Of a stretch of 64,000 bases of DNA, positions 18,001 to 27,252 are shown in pieces; within the stretch, counting starts at the first letter, position 1, and every line of letters starts with the position of its first letter. The translations under genes were made by a program, and so were the position numbers. A model generated the notes under the pieces. That model was not told the DNA's origin. It worked only from the letters and a program-made list of their open reading frames with translations, and searched no databases. This DNA is from a virus: the IMG/VR virus record IMGVR_UViG_3300047089_000152, positions 40,151 through 104,150 of that record. The stretch is one strand, 5' to 3'.

Positions 18001-19778
18001 GCCGACTTGCCCCGGCCCAGCCACAGGTACAGAGCCGTCAGCGCCGCGACCGCGACCACCCCGATCGCGATCCACGGGTTAGCGGCGATCAGCCCCCCGA
18101 AAGACTTCGCCAAAGCAACCACCCGGCCCGGGAGAGCCTTAAGGTTGTTACCCAAGTCGCGGAACGTCGCCCCGAGGACAGCGAATTTCGTCCCCCCGCC
18201 CGCCGCTGCCAGGTCCTTCACAGCGGTCCCGGCCAGTCTCGTCCCCACCGCCGTCGCGGCGAGCTGTTCCAGCGGTCGCAGCAACCCGATCAGCGCGGTT
18301 GTTGCCAGCCCTGACCACAACCAGATCCCGTGGACAGCCACGACCACCGCGAGTATCGGCAACGGCAGTTTCGTGAAAATGTCGAAGAGTCTCGCGGCGG
18401 CACCGACGATGCTCAGCAGAGCCTCAGCGATACCGGTCTGCTGGGTGACCCGGATCAGTCTCCCGAACGCGTCACCCAGCGACACGGCGATACGGCCGAA
18501 CTCTTGCAGGTCACGCTTACCCGCGGCCAGGAAGTTCGACAGGCCGGAACCGCTAGTCGTAGCCAGGACGGTGATCTTAGCGGCCAGCCGGTCGATGAAA
18601 GCGCCCGTATCGACGGCGAGCTTGTTGAAAAGCCCGGTCTTGGTCCCTACGATCGCGATCGCGTCACCGTACAGCTGCCACACCTGCGGCCGGACCGTGT
18701 TGTGAAGCTTCTCCAGGTTCCCCGTCATCGGCGGGATCGTCGCGTTCAAAGCGTCGGAGACCGTGTGAATGTTCTGGAGCCTGTTGAACACTGCGCGGGC
18801 CGCGTCAGCCCCCGCGATACCGAACGCTGCCAGCCCCGCAGCTGCGGTGACCAGCGCCGGGATGATCACGGCGAGGGTTTCTATAACGGTATCCAGGGCG
18901 ATATGCCACCCCGACACGGCGGACAGCCCCCCGAACAGCGCCACCCGGGCGGTCAGCGCCCCGATACCGAACCGGCCGAACGCCCCAGCCCCCTGTATCA
19001 GCCTGTTGTTCGTCGCCGCGACCACAGGGTTGAGCCGTTTAAACGCCTCCTCCAGCCCGAGGAGCTGCCCCTCAGCCGCGGCTAGCCCCGCCAGGTCGAC
19101 CTTCCCGCCCAGCTTCAGGTCAGCGGCCTCACGTTTAAGCTGATCTATCGCCCCTTCAGACACCGCGATAGCCGTTATCAGCGCCTTGGCGTCGGCGCCC
19201 ACCACGATTTTCCTCGCGTAACCCTTCAGCAGCGCGATCTGCGCGAGGACAGCGTCGAGTTCCTTCTCAGCCTTGTTCCTGTCGACGTCCAGGGGCAGAC
19301 CTTCAGGGTCACCCAGCGAAGCGCGCAGGTGGAACGCTTTTTGTTCCAGCCTCGCGATCTGCAACAGGGCCTGCTTCGCGTCCGCGTCGATCTTCAGACC
19401 CGAAGCGTCCTCCCGCAGCTGCGCCAGGTTCGCGCGTTCCTTCGCGATCGCAGCGTCTATCTTCCTGGTGTCCGCGTCCATCGCGATTTTCGCGACCGTA
19501 TCCGCTAGCCCCTTAAGTTGCAGCTGCAACTTGCGGATAGTAGCCTCTGCGGGTTTCCCGTTCGCCCCGATCTTAACCTCGGCGAGCTGCCTGTTCAGGT
19601 CAGTCATCCGCGCTTTCAACGCGGCTATCTGCCCGCGGGCCTGCGTGGTGTCCGCGGTGACAGGGATTTTCCCCTCAAGCCCCGCCAGGGCCTTCGTCAC
19701 ACCGGCGATCGCCTGGCTGCGGAACATCTTCGTGTCCGCCTCAATCGAGACGAACACCTCACCGATACGGCTAGCCAC
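15036..19778 (-). CDS. tape measure protein with C-terminal lytic transglycosylase domain
   Basis: 1580 aa, Ala/Leu-rich helical; HEAGYNRFARNPSSGAYGIPQALP SLT motif; YDRGGWLKPG. Confidence 0.93.
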   Translation of the reverse strand: MASRIGEVFVSIEADTKMFRSQAIAGVTKALAGLEGKIPVTADTTQARGQIAALKARMTDLNRQLAEVKIGANGKPAEATIRKLQLQLKGLADTVAKIAMDADTRKIDAAIAKERANLAQLREDASGLKIDADAKQALLQIARLEQKAFHLRASLGDPEGLPLDVDRNKAEKELDAVLAQIALLKGYARKIVVGADAKALITAIAVSEGAIDQLKREAADLKLGGKVDLAGLAAAEGQLLGLEEAFKRLNPVVAATNNRLIQGAGAFGRFGIGALTARVALFGGLSAVSGWHIALDTVIETLAVIIPALVTAAAGLAAFGIAGADAARAVFNRLQNIHTVSDALNATIPPMTGNLEKLHNTVRPQVWQLYGDAIAIVGTKTGLFNKLAVDTGAFIDRLAAKITVLATTSGSGLSNFLAAGKRDLQEFGRIAVSLGDAFGRLIRVTQQTGIAEALLSIVGAAARLFDIFTKLPLPILAVVVAVHGIWLWSGLATTALIGLLRPLEQLAATAVGTRLAGTAVKDLAAAGGGTKFAVLGATFRDLGNNLKALPGRVVALAKSFGGLIAANPWIAIGVVAVAALTALYLWLGRGKSAVDRFNESMDRLVAHATPLNLINTLSNALSQTTAKLSNETGKLSGALKTSGGNLAALQIALQASGISNAAQDVQRLAEEHNKLAGQLTLVTGRLAGITHAFGTDGLSGAMALAALAGVKVSDFLGNSKQWTQALTQINGVVQGYANMGVGATQLGSAINVLTIAQSDQLKNVQSLNTAFDTFDKIVAGPVSGFLTFANTLKRFSNDAGVAGAAISGLGTGLTGVSRRVTDASLQLQTDFQDTFNAATQMADAFRLTGTASSQQIAAIKEVVQVMIPMAGTSKVAAAEISALAQEAGGPATTNLQLLSKWAGKTKDPLGAAQKAAAAAAISFSNMSLDAQKLGATLAQDLSKDMAVAVENAVGLQGAMNAYAKSVIHGTQATAAGHGARQTLLKDLADLGIKGPQATAVLDAMDQRLGSKLPAAAHSGSQALVDTANKIVTAGRAANDSTGKIAGMIAKVLGIPKSAAFELLMTGKGSFSLSEINAATGKQKQAAAGWYVTGGTPGKDSVAAMLMPGEVVVPTKMVNAGAVDHLRGMLPGFSGGGLVQAGDRTVLSGQYAVNKYHQFSTTMQASMVSMMRAALKAAEAAAVKAAAAAAASGGVSGAGPTGGDAAANLAIARSMFPWPSSMWPSFNTLEMHEAGYNRFARNPSSGAYGIPQALPPTKMPFAAQAAGGSHAGPQLSWMYAYIAQRYGNPVNAWNQYYAHPGGVGYYGSGGMVPGYAAGGSVASRGSAYLRAWQSKRGGGFGAAWGPVVVNQQIAAMQAAVSRAKALAGAKGLSSGQHKFWAATAADETRRLGVLGSELTVERAWRGQLGVNELGLDKEIRAAGSLKSLAGPVKGWKAQLGRDKATVNAISKMLGYSNAFIAAHPGVTPPPPGPVLPPVTHTYGGDVAGNLGAFISSVAPFMLGGMVNYDRGGWLKPGLTMAYNGTGRNEAVSASGGPTVTFEITPSGNAFDAFLISWLKKNVKVKGGGSVQRAWGSHLQER

Positions 19779-19781
19779 AGG

Positions 19782-20219
19782 TCACACCTGACCCTGGAGA
19801 GCCCACAAGGACTCCATCAAGAACGGGTACGGCCTCGCACCAGGATGATGCACGAGCGGCCCGAAATACCCCGTCGCGTAATTCGACAGCGACCAGGCCC
19901 CAGACGATTCGATGACGTGCGGTTTCGTGCCCCTCTCCAGGAACTGCGCCGCACCCGACGCGGACACCTCAGACCACGGCGTATCCGAACCGATCGCATG
20001 CAGATACGAATGGATCGAAGCGGCCGTCCCACCCGGTGGGGTCGACGTCCCCGGCCGCCCGCTCTTACCCGGCGACCCCACCACCCGCTTACGGACCTTC
20101 GCCCGGGCATACACCGCCGCCCGGCCACCCAGCTCCTGCATCAGATGCGCGACAGGGCCAAGAGGGTCATTCAGGAAAGCGCGGATCTCAGCCTCGCTGA
20201 ACTTCACGCGTACACCCAT
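19782..20219 (-). CDS. HK97 gp10-like tail completion protein
   Basis: FLERGTKPHVI...VHHPGARPYPFL. Confidence 0.8.
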   Translation of the reverse strand: MGVRVKFSEAEIRAFLNDPLGPVAHLMQELGGRAAVYARAKVRKRVVGSPGKSGRPGTSTPPGGTAASIHSYLHAIGSDTPWSEVSASGAAQFLERGTKPHVIESSGAWSLSNYATGYFGPLVHHPGARPYPFLMESLWALQGQV

Positions 20220-20497
20220 CAGACCTCCCCGTCCCATTCGACACCCAGCGAAGCCATATGCTCGCGGAGCTGATCCTTCGCCGTCGATTCCGCACCCTGA
20301 TCTGCGTACAGCTCGTCCATGAACTGCTTCTTCTGCTCCTCATCCAGCGGGTTAGTGATACACGCCAGGGCTAGGTTGCACGCTTGCCGCGGGGTGAGCG
20401 ACGTGATACCGCGGCCTGTCTTGTAGATCTGACCGCCGTCGATTTCCGCGAAGTGCTCTGCCGCCCAGCCGAGGAGCTGGAAGGCGACTCGGTAGGG
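20219..20497 (-). CDS. tail assembly chaperone -1 frameshift extension (GT-type)
   Basis: -1 frame opens at CCC TAC: PYRVAFQLLGWAAEHFAEIDG...MDELYAD...EV*. Confidence 0.65.
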   Translation of the reverse strand, partial: PYRVAFQLLGWAAEHFAEIDGGQIYKTGRGITSLTPRQACNLALACITNPLDEEQKKQFMDELYADQGAESTAKDQLREHMASLGVEWDGEV

Positions 20498-20964
20498 CGC
20501 GCCGCGATCAGCTTGATCGCCTGGGCCACCACATCCATCAGTTCCTCAGCATCAGCCTTGCACCGCACCGCATGATCCTGGAACCTGTCCCAGTCACCTT
20601 CACCTGCGAACGCGCAGTCCCGGGCAGCGGCACTTTTCCCCGCTTCCTTACAGCCAGGGCAGTTACCGCACGGATCCTCATCTTCCAGGATCACGTCCCG
20701 CAGGATCTCATACATCGCCGCGTACGCCCGGTCATCATCGGTCCGCAGGTTCGCCGCGTGGCTGAACTTCAGCAGCGGCATCAACCCGACCTTCTCCGAA
20801 ACGCGGAAAGACTCCCCGGCCAGCGTGATAACCCTGGCCGGGGAGATGACTTCCCCGGACAGCTCCGGGTCTGTTGCCTGCTGTAGCTCGATCGCGCCGC
20901 GTTCCGCAGCGTCGTCCATCTCTTCGTAGTCCACCGGGACAGAACCTCCTTGCCTGAGTAGCAT
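20371..20964 (-). CDS. tail assembly chaperone (G)
   Basis: follows the major tail gene; ends RPT plus Ser-rich tail; exact start uncertain. Confidence 0.75.
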   Translation of the reverse strand: MLLRQGGSVPVDYEEMDDAAERGAIELQQATDPELSGEVISPARVITLAGESFRVSEKVGLMPLLKFSHAANLRTDDDRAYAAMYEILRDVILEDEDPCGNCPGCKEAGKSAAARDCAFAGEGDWDRFQDHAVRCKADAEELMDVVAQAIKLIAARPTESPSSSSAGRQSTSRKSTAVRSTRQAAVSRRSPRGKRAT

Positions 20965-21025
20965 GAATGGTGCCGTTCCCCAGCGGCGTGGCAGCGCCCC
21001 TTACCGGGGCGCTGCCACTTACGGA

Positions 21026-21484
21026 TCAGGTACCAGCGATACCGGAAGACGGGTAGCGGATGATCGGCGTTGCAGCATTCCACGTCGACTTCAGGCTGAC
21101 CGCAGCGGAGACACCACCAGCAACCGAGTAGTCCGGCAGGACCGCGCCGAAGAAGTACTGGCCGGGGGCGGTGCCCTGCGCACCGATAGTCGACGGGTAC
21201 AGGTACATGTTCCGCGAAAGACCATCCGTCGCAGCCACATACGTCTGCGCCGTGGCCGTGTCATAGAACCCCGAGAAGTCACCCGACGCGTCGGGCAGGC
21301 CAGCGACCCAGATCAGGTTCGGGTCACCCATCGCGGTCACGTCAACCTTGTTCACCACGAAGTTGATAGACCAGTCAGTCAGAAACGCCATCGGCGACGC
21401 GATAGCCGTACCGGTAGCGAGACCACCACCGGGACCGGTGACCCCGACGTAAACGATCCCGTTACGACCGTGGATACGTGACAT
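21026..21484 (-). CDS. major tail (tube) protein
   Basis: SRIHGRNG...DWSI...DVTAMGD...GLPDASGDFSGFYD. Confidence 0.85.
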   Translation of the reverse strand: MSRIHGRNGIVYVGVTGPGGGLATGTAIASPMAFLTDWSINFVVNKVDVTAMGDPNLIWVAGLPDASGDFSGFYDTATAQTYVAATDGLSRNMYLYPSTIGAQGTAPGQYFFGAVLPDYSVAGGVSAAVSLKSTWNAATPIIRYPSSGIAGT

Positions 21485-21502
21485 TTGCTGTGCTCCTTCT
21501 AC

Positions 21503-22558
21503 TCAGTGTTCCAGGAGTTCCAGCAGGCGTTTCGCGTTGCTGGTGAACGTGCGGTCAGCGATAGCCTCACGCGCTTTGTATGCCGCCTGTTCCCGTTCAC
21601 TATCGTGGGCGAGCCACCAGCGGATCTGATCCCCTGCCTCTTCCGGGCTGGAGAACGTAGGGAGCATGTCCAGCACCGAATCCCCCTCCGCGCGGGGATC
21701 GCGGAGGTAGAAAAGCCCGCACGCCGCTTGTTCCACCTCACGGGGCCCCATCGCCCACGGGACGGCGGTGCTGTCAGCGTCCGCGTCGTCGTATTCGCGG
21801 CGGTAAAAGTTGATGCCGCACTTCGCGTTGCGGTACACCTCGGCCACTTCGCTGTTGTCGACACAGTCGTCAATGTCATGGCCCATGAACCTGCGCAGCG
21901 GAGACTTCGACGCCCCCGGCCAGCAGCCCCCCAGCAGCACGTCCAGGCCGTCCAGGTTCATCCGCTCGAAAAAGTCGATGCGGGACTGGAACCCCGTCCC
22001 GATGAACGCCAGGTCCGCCGCGAGGTCCACGTTGACAGGGCCCGTGCGAGGGTAATGCACGGAAGGCCGGTACGCGTGCGGCGCATACTCCGCGACGGCA
22101 CCTAGCTCCCGGTACTGCTCAATGTTCACCGGGTCGTTCAGCAAGACGATGTCGCTGCATTCCGCGCGTTCCAGCTGCATCTTTTCCTGGTACGGCGACT
22201 CGGTGGCGAGCAGGACAACTTTCATCCGCCGCTGCTGAAGCAGGGCCATCAGCCCCGGGGTGACGAAGAAACCGGAAACGAAAATAACCGCGTCTGGCCA
22301 GAACGTGAAAGCCGCATGAGAGATGCCCTGCATCGCCATGCGCAGCGCGTCCTCGTCGTTCATCGCCCGGCGTACCAGCGGGTGCCCCGACTCGTCCACG
22401 TCCCCCGTGGAAATCAAAGCATGACCGTAAAATTGTATACGATCATCAGAATTAAAACTGGCAACTTCACACCCAAGCTCCCGCAGCGCCTCACACCAAC
22501 CGTCATGCACATCAGCCACAGAAAAATTTGGGCCTGGATGTACCACTAGTATGCGCAC
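21503..22558 (-). CDS. glycosyltransferase (CgeB / Glyco_trans_1_2-like, GT-B)
   Basis: DLAFIGT...R, YRNAKCGINF, GPREVEQAACG; likely GTG start at VRILVVHPG. Confidence 0.8.
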   Translation of the reverse strand: MRILVVHPGPNFSVADVHDGWCEALRELGCEVASFNSDDRIQFYGHALISTGDVDESGHPLVRRAMNDEDALRMAMQGISHAAFTFWPDAVIFVSGFFVTPGLMALLQQRRMKVVLLATESPYQEKMQLERAECSDIVLLNDPVNIEQYRELGAVAEYAPHAYRPSVHYPRTGPVNVDLAADLAFIGTGFQSRIDFFERMNLDGLDVLLGGCWPGASKSPLRRFMGHDIDDCVDNSEVAEVYRNAKCGINFYRREYDDADADSTAVPWAMGPREVEQAACGLFYLRDPRAEGDSVLDMLPTFSSPEEAGDQIRWWLAHDSEREQAAYKAREAIADRTFTSNAKRLLELLEH

Positions 22559-22582
22559 GGAAGCATCATCCTGTCCTAAGTG

Positions 22583-22591
22583 TGGTAGGAT
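22583..22591 (+). promoter_or_regulatory. extended -10 promoter of a mini-array
   Basis: TGGTAGGAT, 7 nt before the first pentamer. Confidence 0.65.
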
Positions 22592-22598
22592 AGTAATT

Positions 22599-22667
22599 GC
22601 ATTGGAGGGGCATGGCATGGCACGGCCCGGAGTGCTGGGGTGGGGAACGGAATGGATGGGCAGGATA
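22599..22667 (+). ncRNA. GGH-NN mini-array (1 unit), antisense to the late operon
   Basis: 12 pentamers + GGCAG-GATA, intergenic. Confidence 0.8.
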
Positions 22668-22689
22668 GATCCAGGTTGGTGCGCATCTT

Positions 22690-23100
22690 TTACAGGTGCG
22701 CACCAACCTGGATCAGAAATGAGCATCCCATGTATTGCTGGCCGGCGTATTCGGTGAGTCCGTAGGTCATCACCTGCAATACGACCGTGAACTCCACCGC
22801 CCCGCCCAGGGTCGGGTCAGCCTGCACCGCCGCGTTGATGCTTTTAGTACCGGACGTGGACACGTAGTCGTCGATTACGTCCTGGCCGGAAGCGTCGTTC
22901 GCGGCGGATACCAGCACGACGGCGAGGAGATTGACCTGGGTTTCGCCGTCCATCGTGATGCCGTAATTGACCGCTGGCCGGTTCGGGATTATGACCGCGC
23001 ATGGCGGTATGACCTGCCCGGGTGCGATCGCGTGTACGTTCAGCCCGGTGGTGGATAGCCGGGTTGCGAGCGCGACCCTGATCGCTTTGACGTTAGCCAT
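22690..23100 (-). CDS. tail terminator / tail completion protein
   Basis: position; SINAAVQADPTLGG motif. Confidence 0.7.
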   Translation of the reverse strand: MANVKAIRVALATRLSTTGLNVHAIAPGQVIPPCAVIIPNRPAVNYGITMDGETQVNLLAVVLVSAANDASGQDVIDDYVSTSGTKSINAAVQADPTLGGAVEFTVVLQVMTYGLTEYAGQQYMGCSFLIQVGAHL

Positions 23101-23181
23101 CTACGGGCGGTCCTTGCATGTATGGCCCTTCTTGGTCCAGTAGACCTTCCCGCATATGCCGCACGCTTTCGTCATCCCCAT

Positions 23182-24117
23182 CTATACGCCGACTTTCCCG
23201 CGGCCTCTGATGTAGCAGCGGAGCTGCTCCGCGATCCACGGGTTAGGATTCAACCGGACAATGCCGAGGTCAGCCATACCCATGACACCCCAGGGGGCGT
23301 CTTTCAGCTTGAACCAGTCCGAGGCGATCAGCAGCGCCGCCTGGGTAACCACGGGCGGGACCTGCGGCCAGCCGAACACGCCGGTGATCTGGACCCGGTC
23401 GAGGTGGACGAACGGCCAGATGAACGGGAACCAGTTCGACTGCCCGATCACCTGAACCTGCGTGTACGGTTTCGGTTCACCGGAGGCGAGCTGGTTGAAC
23501 TGGCCGTCGCCGACGCGGAGCATGTAGTTGGTGTTCTGCGTCCATGTCGTCTCGTACACCCCGTCCCCGTCACTGTCGATTTTCAGGGACGTGACGGACA
23601 CCAGGTCATCGACGGGGAGCAGCCAGATGTCCTGCGGCTGGTATGTGCGCGTGTCGGTGAACCGGAAGAAATGCCTCCCGCAGTACGTGTCAATCCACCG
23701 TGACGTCGCCAGGCAAACCGAAGCGATCACCGAATCGGTGGCAGGGTCGGTTTGCCCGAGTCGGTCTTTCAGCTCCTCGGGTCCCACGTACCAGCGTGGC
23801 TGGTCCAGCGCCAGTACCCGCCACGTTCCGGGCTGCACATCTGATGCGGTACCAGTGCCGATGAAGGCGTAAGACCAGAGGCCGTCGATGTTTGCGACCG
23901 CGGGGGAGCACGGCACGATCAGCTGGTACACGCCCGTGCTGGTCTTGGTGATGTCAGCCGGGGCAGTGCCAGCGAAGGTGTGGATTGTCTGGGTTGCGGC
24001 CGGGTCGGTGATTACGCACGACACGGCGGTCGGGTCGGTGGGGGTGCCGGACACGGTGAATGTCGCGACGATCGTGGCAAGCTCGTTCACATTGTCGTAA
24101 AACACCGTCGCAGTCAA
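23182..24117 (-). CDS. head-tail adaptor (gp6/gp15-like) with N-terminal Ig-like domain
   Basis: YVGPEELK...SRWIDTYCGRHF...FGWPQVPPVVTQAALL. Confidence 0.8.
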   Translation of the reverse strand: MTATVFYDNVNELATIVATFTVSGTPTDPTAVSCVITDPAATQTIHTFAGTAPADITKTSTGVYQLIVPCSPAVANIDGLWSYAFIGTGTASDVQPGTWRVLALDQPRWYVGPEELKDRLGQTDPATDSVIASVCLATSRWIDTYCGRHFFRFTDTRTYQPQDIWLLPVDDLVSVTSLKIDSDGDGVYETTWTQNTNYMLRVGDGQFNQLASGEPKPYTQVQVIGQSNWFPFIWPFVHLDRVQITGVFGWPQVPPVVTQAALLIASDWFKLKDAPWGVMGMADLGIVRLNPNPWIAEQLRCYIRGRGKVGV

Positions 24118-24129
24118 ACGTGCCTCCTG

Positions 24130-25839
24130 TCAGGTCACTGATCCTGTTCCGGTATTCCCGGTCACCTTCGTCGTGCCATCTCTCGGGTCGCTGACCCCGC
24201 TGACGCCCGCCTTTCCGGTGACACTGCCCGCACCAGAATTACCGGTGACGGTGCCCGCACCGGTCTGACCGGTCACCGTTACTGTCACCTCGGCGCTTAC
24301 CAGCAGCGGAGGCGGTATGAAAACGTACGTCCCGGCTCGCCATTCCGCCCGCCCTGTGAGGACCGGTTTCTGCGGCTGCGCGCGGAGCGCGTGACCGAGT
24401 GGCCTGACGGGTGGCCCGGTCTGCGCGTACGGGCCACGCTGCGAACCGACACGACCCCGGGTGGGTGGCGGCGGCTGCCTGCGGTAGATCCCCACAGGAC
24501 CGGACTGCGGTTTGACCGGTGGCCCGGCTTGCGCATAGGTTCCTGCGGCGCGGATTACCCGTCCGCCTGCTGTCGGGAACCTGCGGGCTACGACCGGATG
24601 CCCAAGCGGGTATATCGGGGGCCCGGCTTGTGCTGAGATCGCGGTGAACGTCCCGGCCCGGCTGGATACCCGACCGTGCGGTAGTAGCGGCTGCCTGGCC
24701 TGGACCGGACCCGTAGCGGGCTTGACCGGTGGCCCGGCCTGCGCGAAGGTTCCGCGCCGTGTGGAGGTGACACCGCCACGGGTCGGGAACCGTCGTGCCT
24801 GAACCGGGTGACCCAGCGGGTAGACGGGTGGCCCGGCACCGATGATGACCAGGGTGAACGTGCCTGCACGGCTGGTGGTGCTGCCACCGCGTCGTGCTGC
24901 TGGCTGCGCCCGCACCGGACCCGTAGCCGGTTTGACGGGTGGGCCGAGCTGAGCGTATGTTCCGTGCTGGGATGCGACCCTGCCCCGGACGGGCAGCGGT
25001 GGCTGCCTGCGTCCCAGGCCGACAGGCCCAGATGCGGGTTTTACCGGTGCACCCAGCTGCGCGTAGACGCCAGCCCGGGTGCTGGTACTACCACCACGTA
25101 CCGGGAACCTGCGCGCCGCAACAGGATGACCCAGCGGATAGACCGGAGGGCCGAAACCGGTGACGACCGTGGTGAACGTGCCGGCCCGGTTAGCTACCCG
25201 GCCGACACGCTGTGCCGCTGGTTGCGCGCGGACTGGCCCGGTAGCGGGTTTAATCTGCGCACCTAGCTGCGCGTAAACACCAGCGCGGCTGCTGGTGCGG
25301 CCACGTGGCGGAAGCCCGCGTAGCTGTGTTGCGACCGGGGCAACCAGTCGCCGTACAGGTGCGCCGAGTTGGGCGTAGACCCCGGCGCGGTTCTTGACGC
25401 GGCCGGTCAGGAACGGGACAGCGGGTTGCGCCTTGACGGGGCCGCGTAGCTGCCTTACTGGGGCACCCAGCTGGGCGTAAACCCCGGCCCGGCTGGTGGT
25501 GCTGCCACCGCGGGCCGGGAGCCTGCGTGCCTGTACCGGCCTCCCGGTCGGATAGACCGGTGGGCCCGCCTGCGCTGCTGTAGCGGTGAACGTCCCGTCG
25601 CGGGACAGTACCCTGCCACCGGCCTGCGCGCCCGGCTGAGCCTTTACTGGTGCGCGCAGGACCCGTACTGGTGCGCCCAGCTGGGCGTAGACACCGGCAC
25701 GGTTCGCGACCCTGCCGCCACGGGCGGGTAGCTGTACTGGTGCGCGGACCGGCTTATGGAGAGCGCTTGCGGGTGCGCCGGGTGGCTGCGCCCGGATCAG
25801 TACCGGCTGGATTGGCTGGCCGCGCCCGAGGATAGCCAT
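24130..25839 (-). CDS. basic Arg/Pro/Gly-rich repeat protein
   Basis: many 30-40 aa repeats such as GGRVxSRAGxYAQxGPPVxPxxGPVxA. Confidence 0.75.
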   Translation of the reverse strand: MAILGRGQPIQPVLIRAQPPGAPASALHKPVRAPVQLPARGGRVANRAGVYAQLGAPVRVLRAPVKAQPGAQAGGRVLSRDGTFTATAAQAGPPVYPTGRPVQARRLPARGGSTTSRAGVYAQLGAPVRQLRGPVKAQPAVPFLTGRVKNRAGVYAQLGAPVRRLVAPVATQLRGLPPRGRTSSRAGVYAQLGAQIKPATGPVRAQPAAQRVGRVANRAGTFTTVVTGFGPPVYPLGHPVAARRFPVRGGSTSTRAGVYAQLGAPVKPASGPVGLGRRQPPLPVRGRVASQHGTYAQLGPPVKPATGPVRAQPAARRGGSTTSRAGTFTLVIIGAGPPVYPLGHPVQARRFPTRGGVTSTRRGTFAQAGPPVKPATGPVQARQPLLPHGRVSSRAGTFTAISAQAGPPIYPLGHPVVARRFPTAGGRVIRAAGTYAQAGPPVKPQSGPVGIYRRQPPPPTRGRVGSQRGPYAQTGPPVRPLGHALRAQPQKPVLTGRAEWRAGTYVFIPPPLLVSAEVTVTVTGQTGAGTVTGNSGAGSVTGKAGVSGVSDPRDGTTKVTGNTGTGSVT

Positions 25840-25842
25840 GGC

Positions 25843-26700
25843 TTACCAGACCGACCCGTCCATGCCAGCGGTCGTCGGCGTGGACAGAAGTTTGGGTATC
25901 GCGGTTGTGGCCGGAGGTATCGTAGCCGGCCAGGGTTCCTGCCTGCGGCTACGGCGGCTACGGCGGCTACGTCGGCTCACCACGAATGGCTGCGGCGAGT
26001 TCGGTGCGGACTCTGTGACGCGGACAATAAAGTCCATCGCGTCGATGGCGACGCTCGATGTTCCACCACCGGGCGCTGACTGATTCGTGCCCCAGCCCAT
26101 GCCGATTACGCCGCCATTACCGCTAAGCGTGTTACACGTAGCTGGGAAGTTAGATAGGGCGCTGGGCCCCGTACCCGTGATGTTCTCCGTGCCAGACAGG
26201 GCCGCGTTCTGCCCGCCGTAACCCCACACAGTCAGGTCGGTTGCGTTCCCGGCCAGCGAGGCGTCAGGGAGTGCCGTGGTGTAGGTCGCCTGGGTGTGGA
26301 CATTGCTGCTTACTACACCGGCCCCCACCGTGGACCGCAAGGCCATGATGTCGAATTCAGCCCACGTGGTCGCGCCGAACGTGACAGTGAACGTACTGTC
26401 CGAGGTGGCCGAGCCGACCGCACCCGCCGCTACCCGGTAGCCAAGCCAGAACGCGTCGTTGGTGCTGGCCCCGCCGACGATCTGGTTTTGCAACGCGGTG
26501 AACCCGGCCACTGTGCAGGTTGAGTGCCCGGAGCCGGTGGTGTTCGGGATGGCGATGACGATGAAGTCGCCGCCGTTGACGGCGCTGCCGGTCCAGGTGA
26601 CCACCGTGCTGCTGGTGATGATTCCTGCGGTGCCCGTTAGGCCGCCGTTGATAGTCCAGCCGGTGCCGGCGGTCTGCCTGCCGATAAAGGACCAGCTCAC
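25843..26700 (-). CDS. putative virion structural (beta-sandwich) protein
   Basis: Thr/Gly/Ala-rich; C-terminal RRSRRSRRSRR. Confidence 0.65.
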   Translation of the reverse strand: MSWSFIGRQTAGTGWTINGGLTGTAGIITSSTVVTWTGSAVNGGDFIVIAIPNTTGSGHSTCTVAGFTALQNQIVGGASTNDAFWLGYRVAAGAVGSATSDSTFTVTFGATTWAEFDIMALRSTVGAGVVSSNVHTQATYTTALPDASLAGNATDLTVWGYGGQNAALSGTENITGTGPSALSNFPATCNTLSGNGGVIGMGWGTNQSAPGGGTSSVAIDAMDFIVRVTESAPNSPQPFVVSRRSRRSRRSRRQEPWPATIPPATTAIPKLLSTPTTAGMDGSVW

Positions 26701-26766
26701 GTGGGCTCACCCCCTCCGATCAGGCGGGTGGCCCGCGACGGCTGGCTTTCTTCACCTAACTGCTAG

Positions 26767-27252
26767 TTACGGGGCGTCAGGAGGTAGCGCATAGGCGTCG
26801 AACGGGAACCCTACGGTACCCGGAAGGCTCCCAGGCTCCCAGGCTGCCAGCATCCCCCAGAACCCGAGAGGCAGAGAGTGGCTTAGCCCGGAAGTGGCCA
26901 GCCGGGCCCTGGCGAGGATACCGGAACCAGTATCTGCGATAGTCACTCCTGTGACGTCCGTCGATATGAAGGCCACGATGCCGCCTGCTGGTGACAGCTG
27001 AATACCTCCTGAGAAGGTATTCCCTGCTGTGGCCGGTGTCCAGGTGCTGCCGCTATCGTTGGAAAGGTCGATGCCCAAAACCACGTGCACCGAGGCGTCC
27101 TGGTAGTTAATCCCGTTGACTACGTTCTTGTCTATGAGTATTGCGATCAATCCGGTGGTAGCGGAGATTGTTAGTGCATCAGAATCAAAGGTAGGAGAAT
27201 GTGCGGTTACCTGATTGTACTGGATAGTAAGACGGTAGTCAGCGGTACCCAT
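26767..27252 (-). CDS. putative virion structural protein
   Basis: ORF within the operon; lower GC than its neighbours. Confidence 0.6.
   Translation of the reverse strand: MGTADYRLTIQYNQVTAHSPTFDSDALTISATTGLIAILIDKNVVNGINYQDASVHVVLGIDLSNDSGSTWTPATAGNTFSGGIQLSPAGGIVAFISTDVTGVTIADTGSGILARARLATSGLSHSLPLGFWGMLAAWEPGSLPGTVGFPFDAYALPPDAP

Noticed and set aside
11398-20322. Numerous + strand ORFs opposite the structural genes
   Set aside because: Shadow ORFs typical of high-GC DNA, with no motifs
22559-22726. N-terminal ORF extensions running antisense through mini-arrays (also 46407-46514 and 39108-39481)
   Set aside because: They are reverse-complement translations of the repeat; better starts lie downstream
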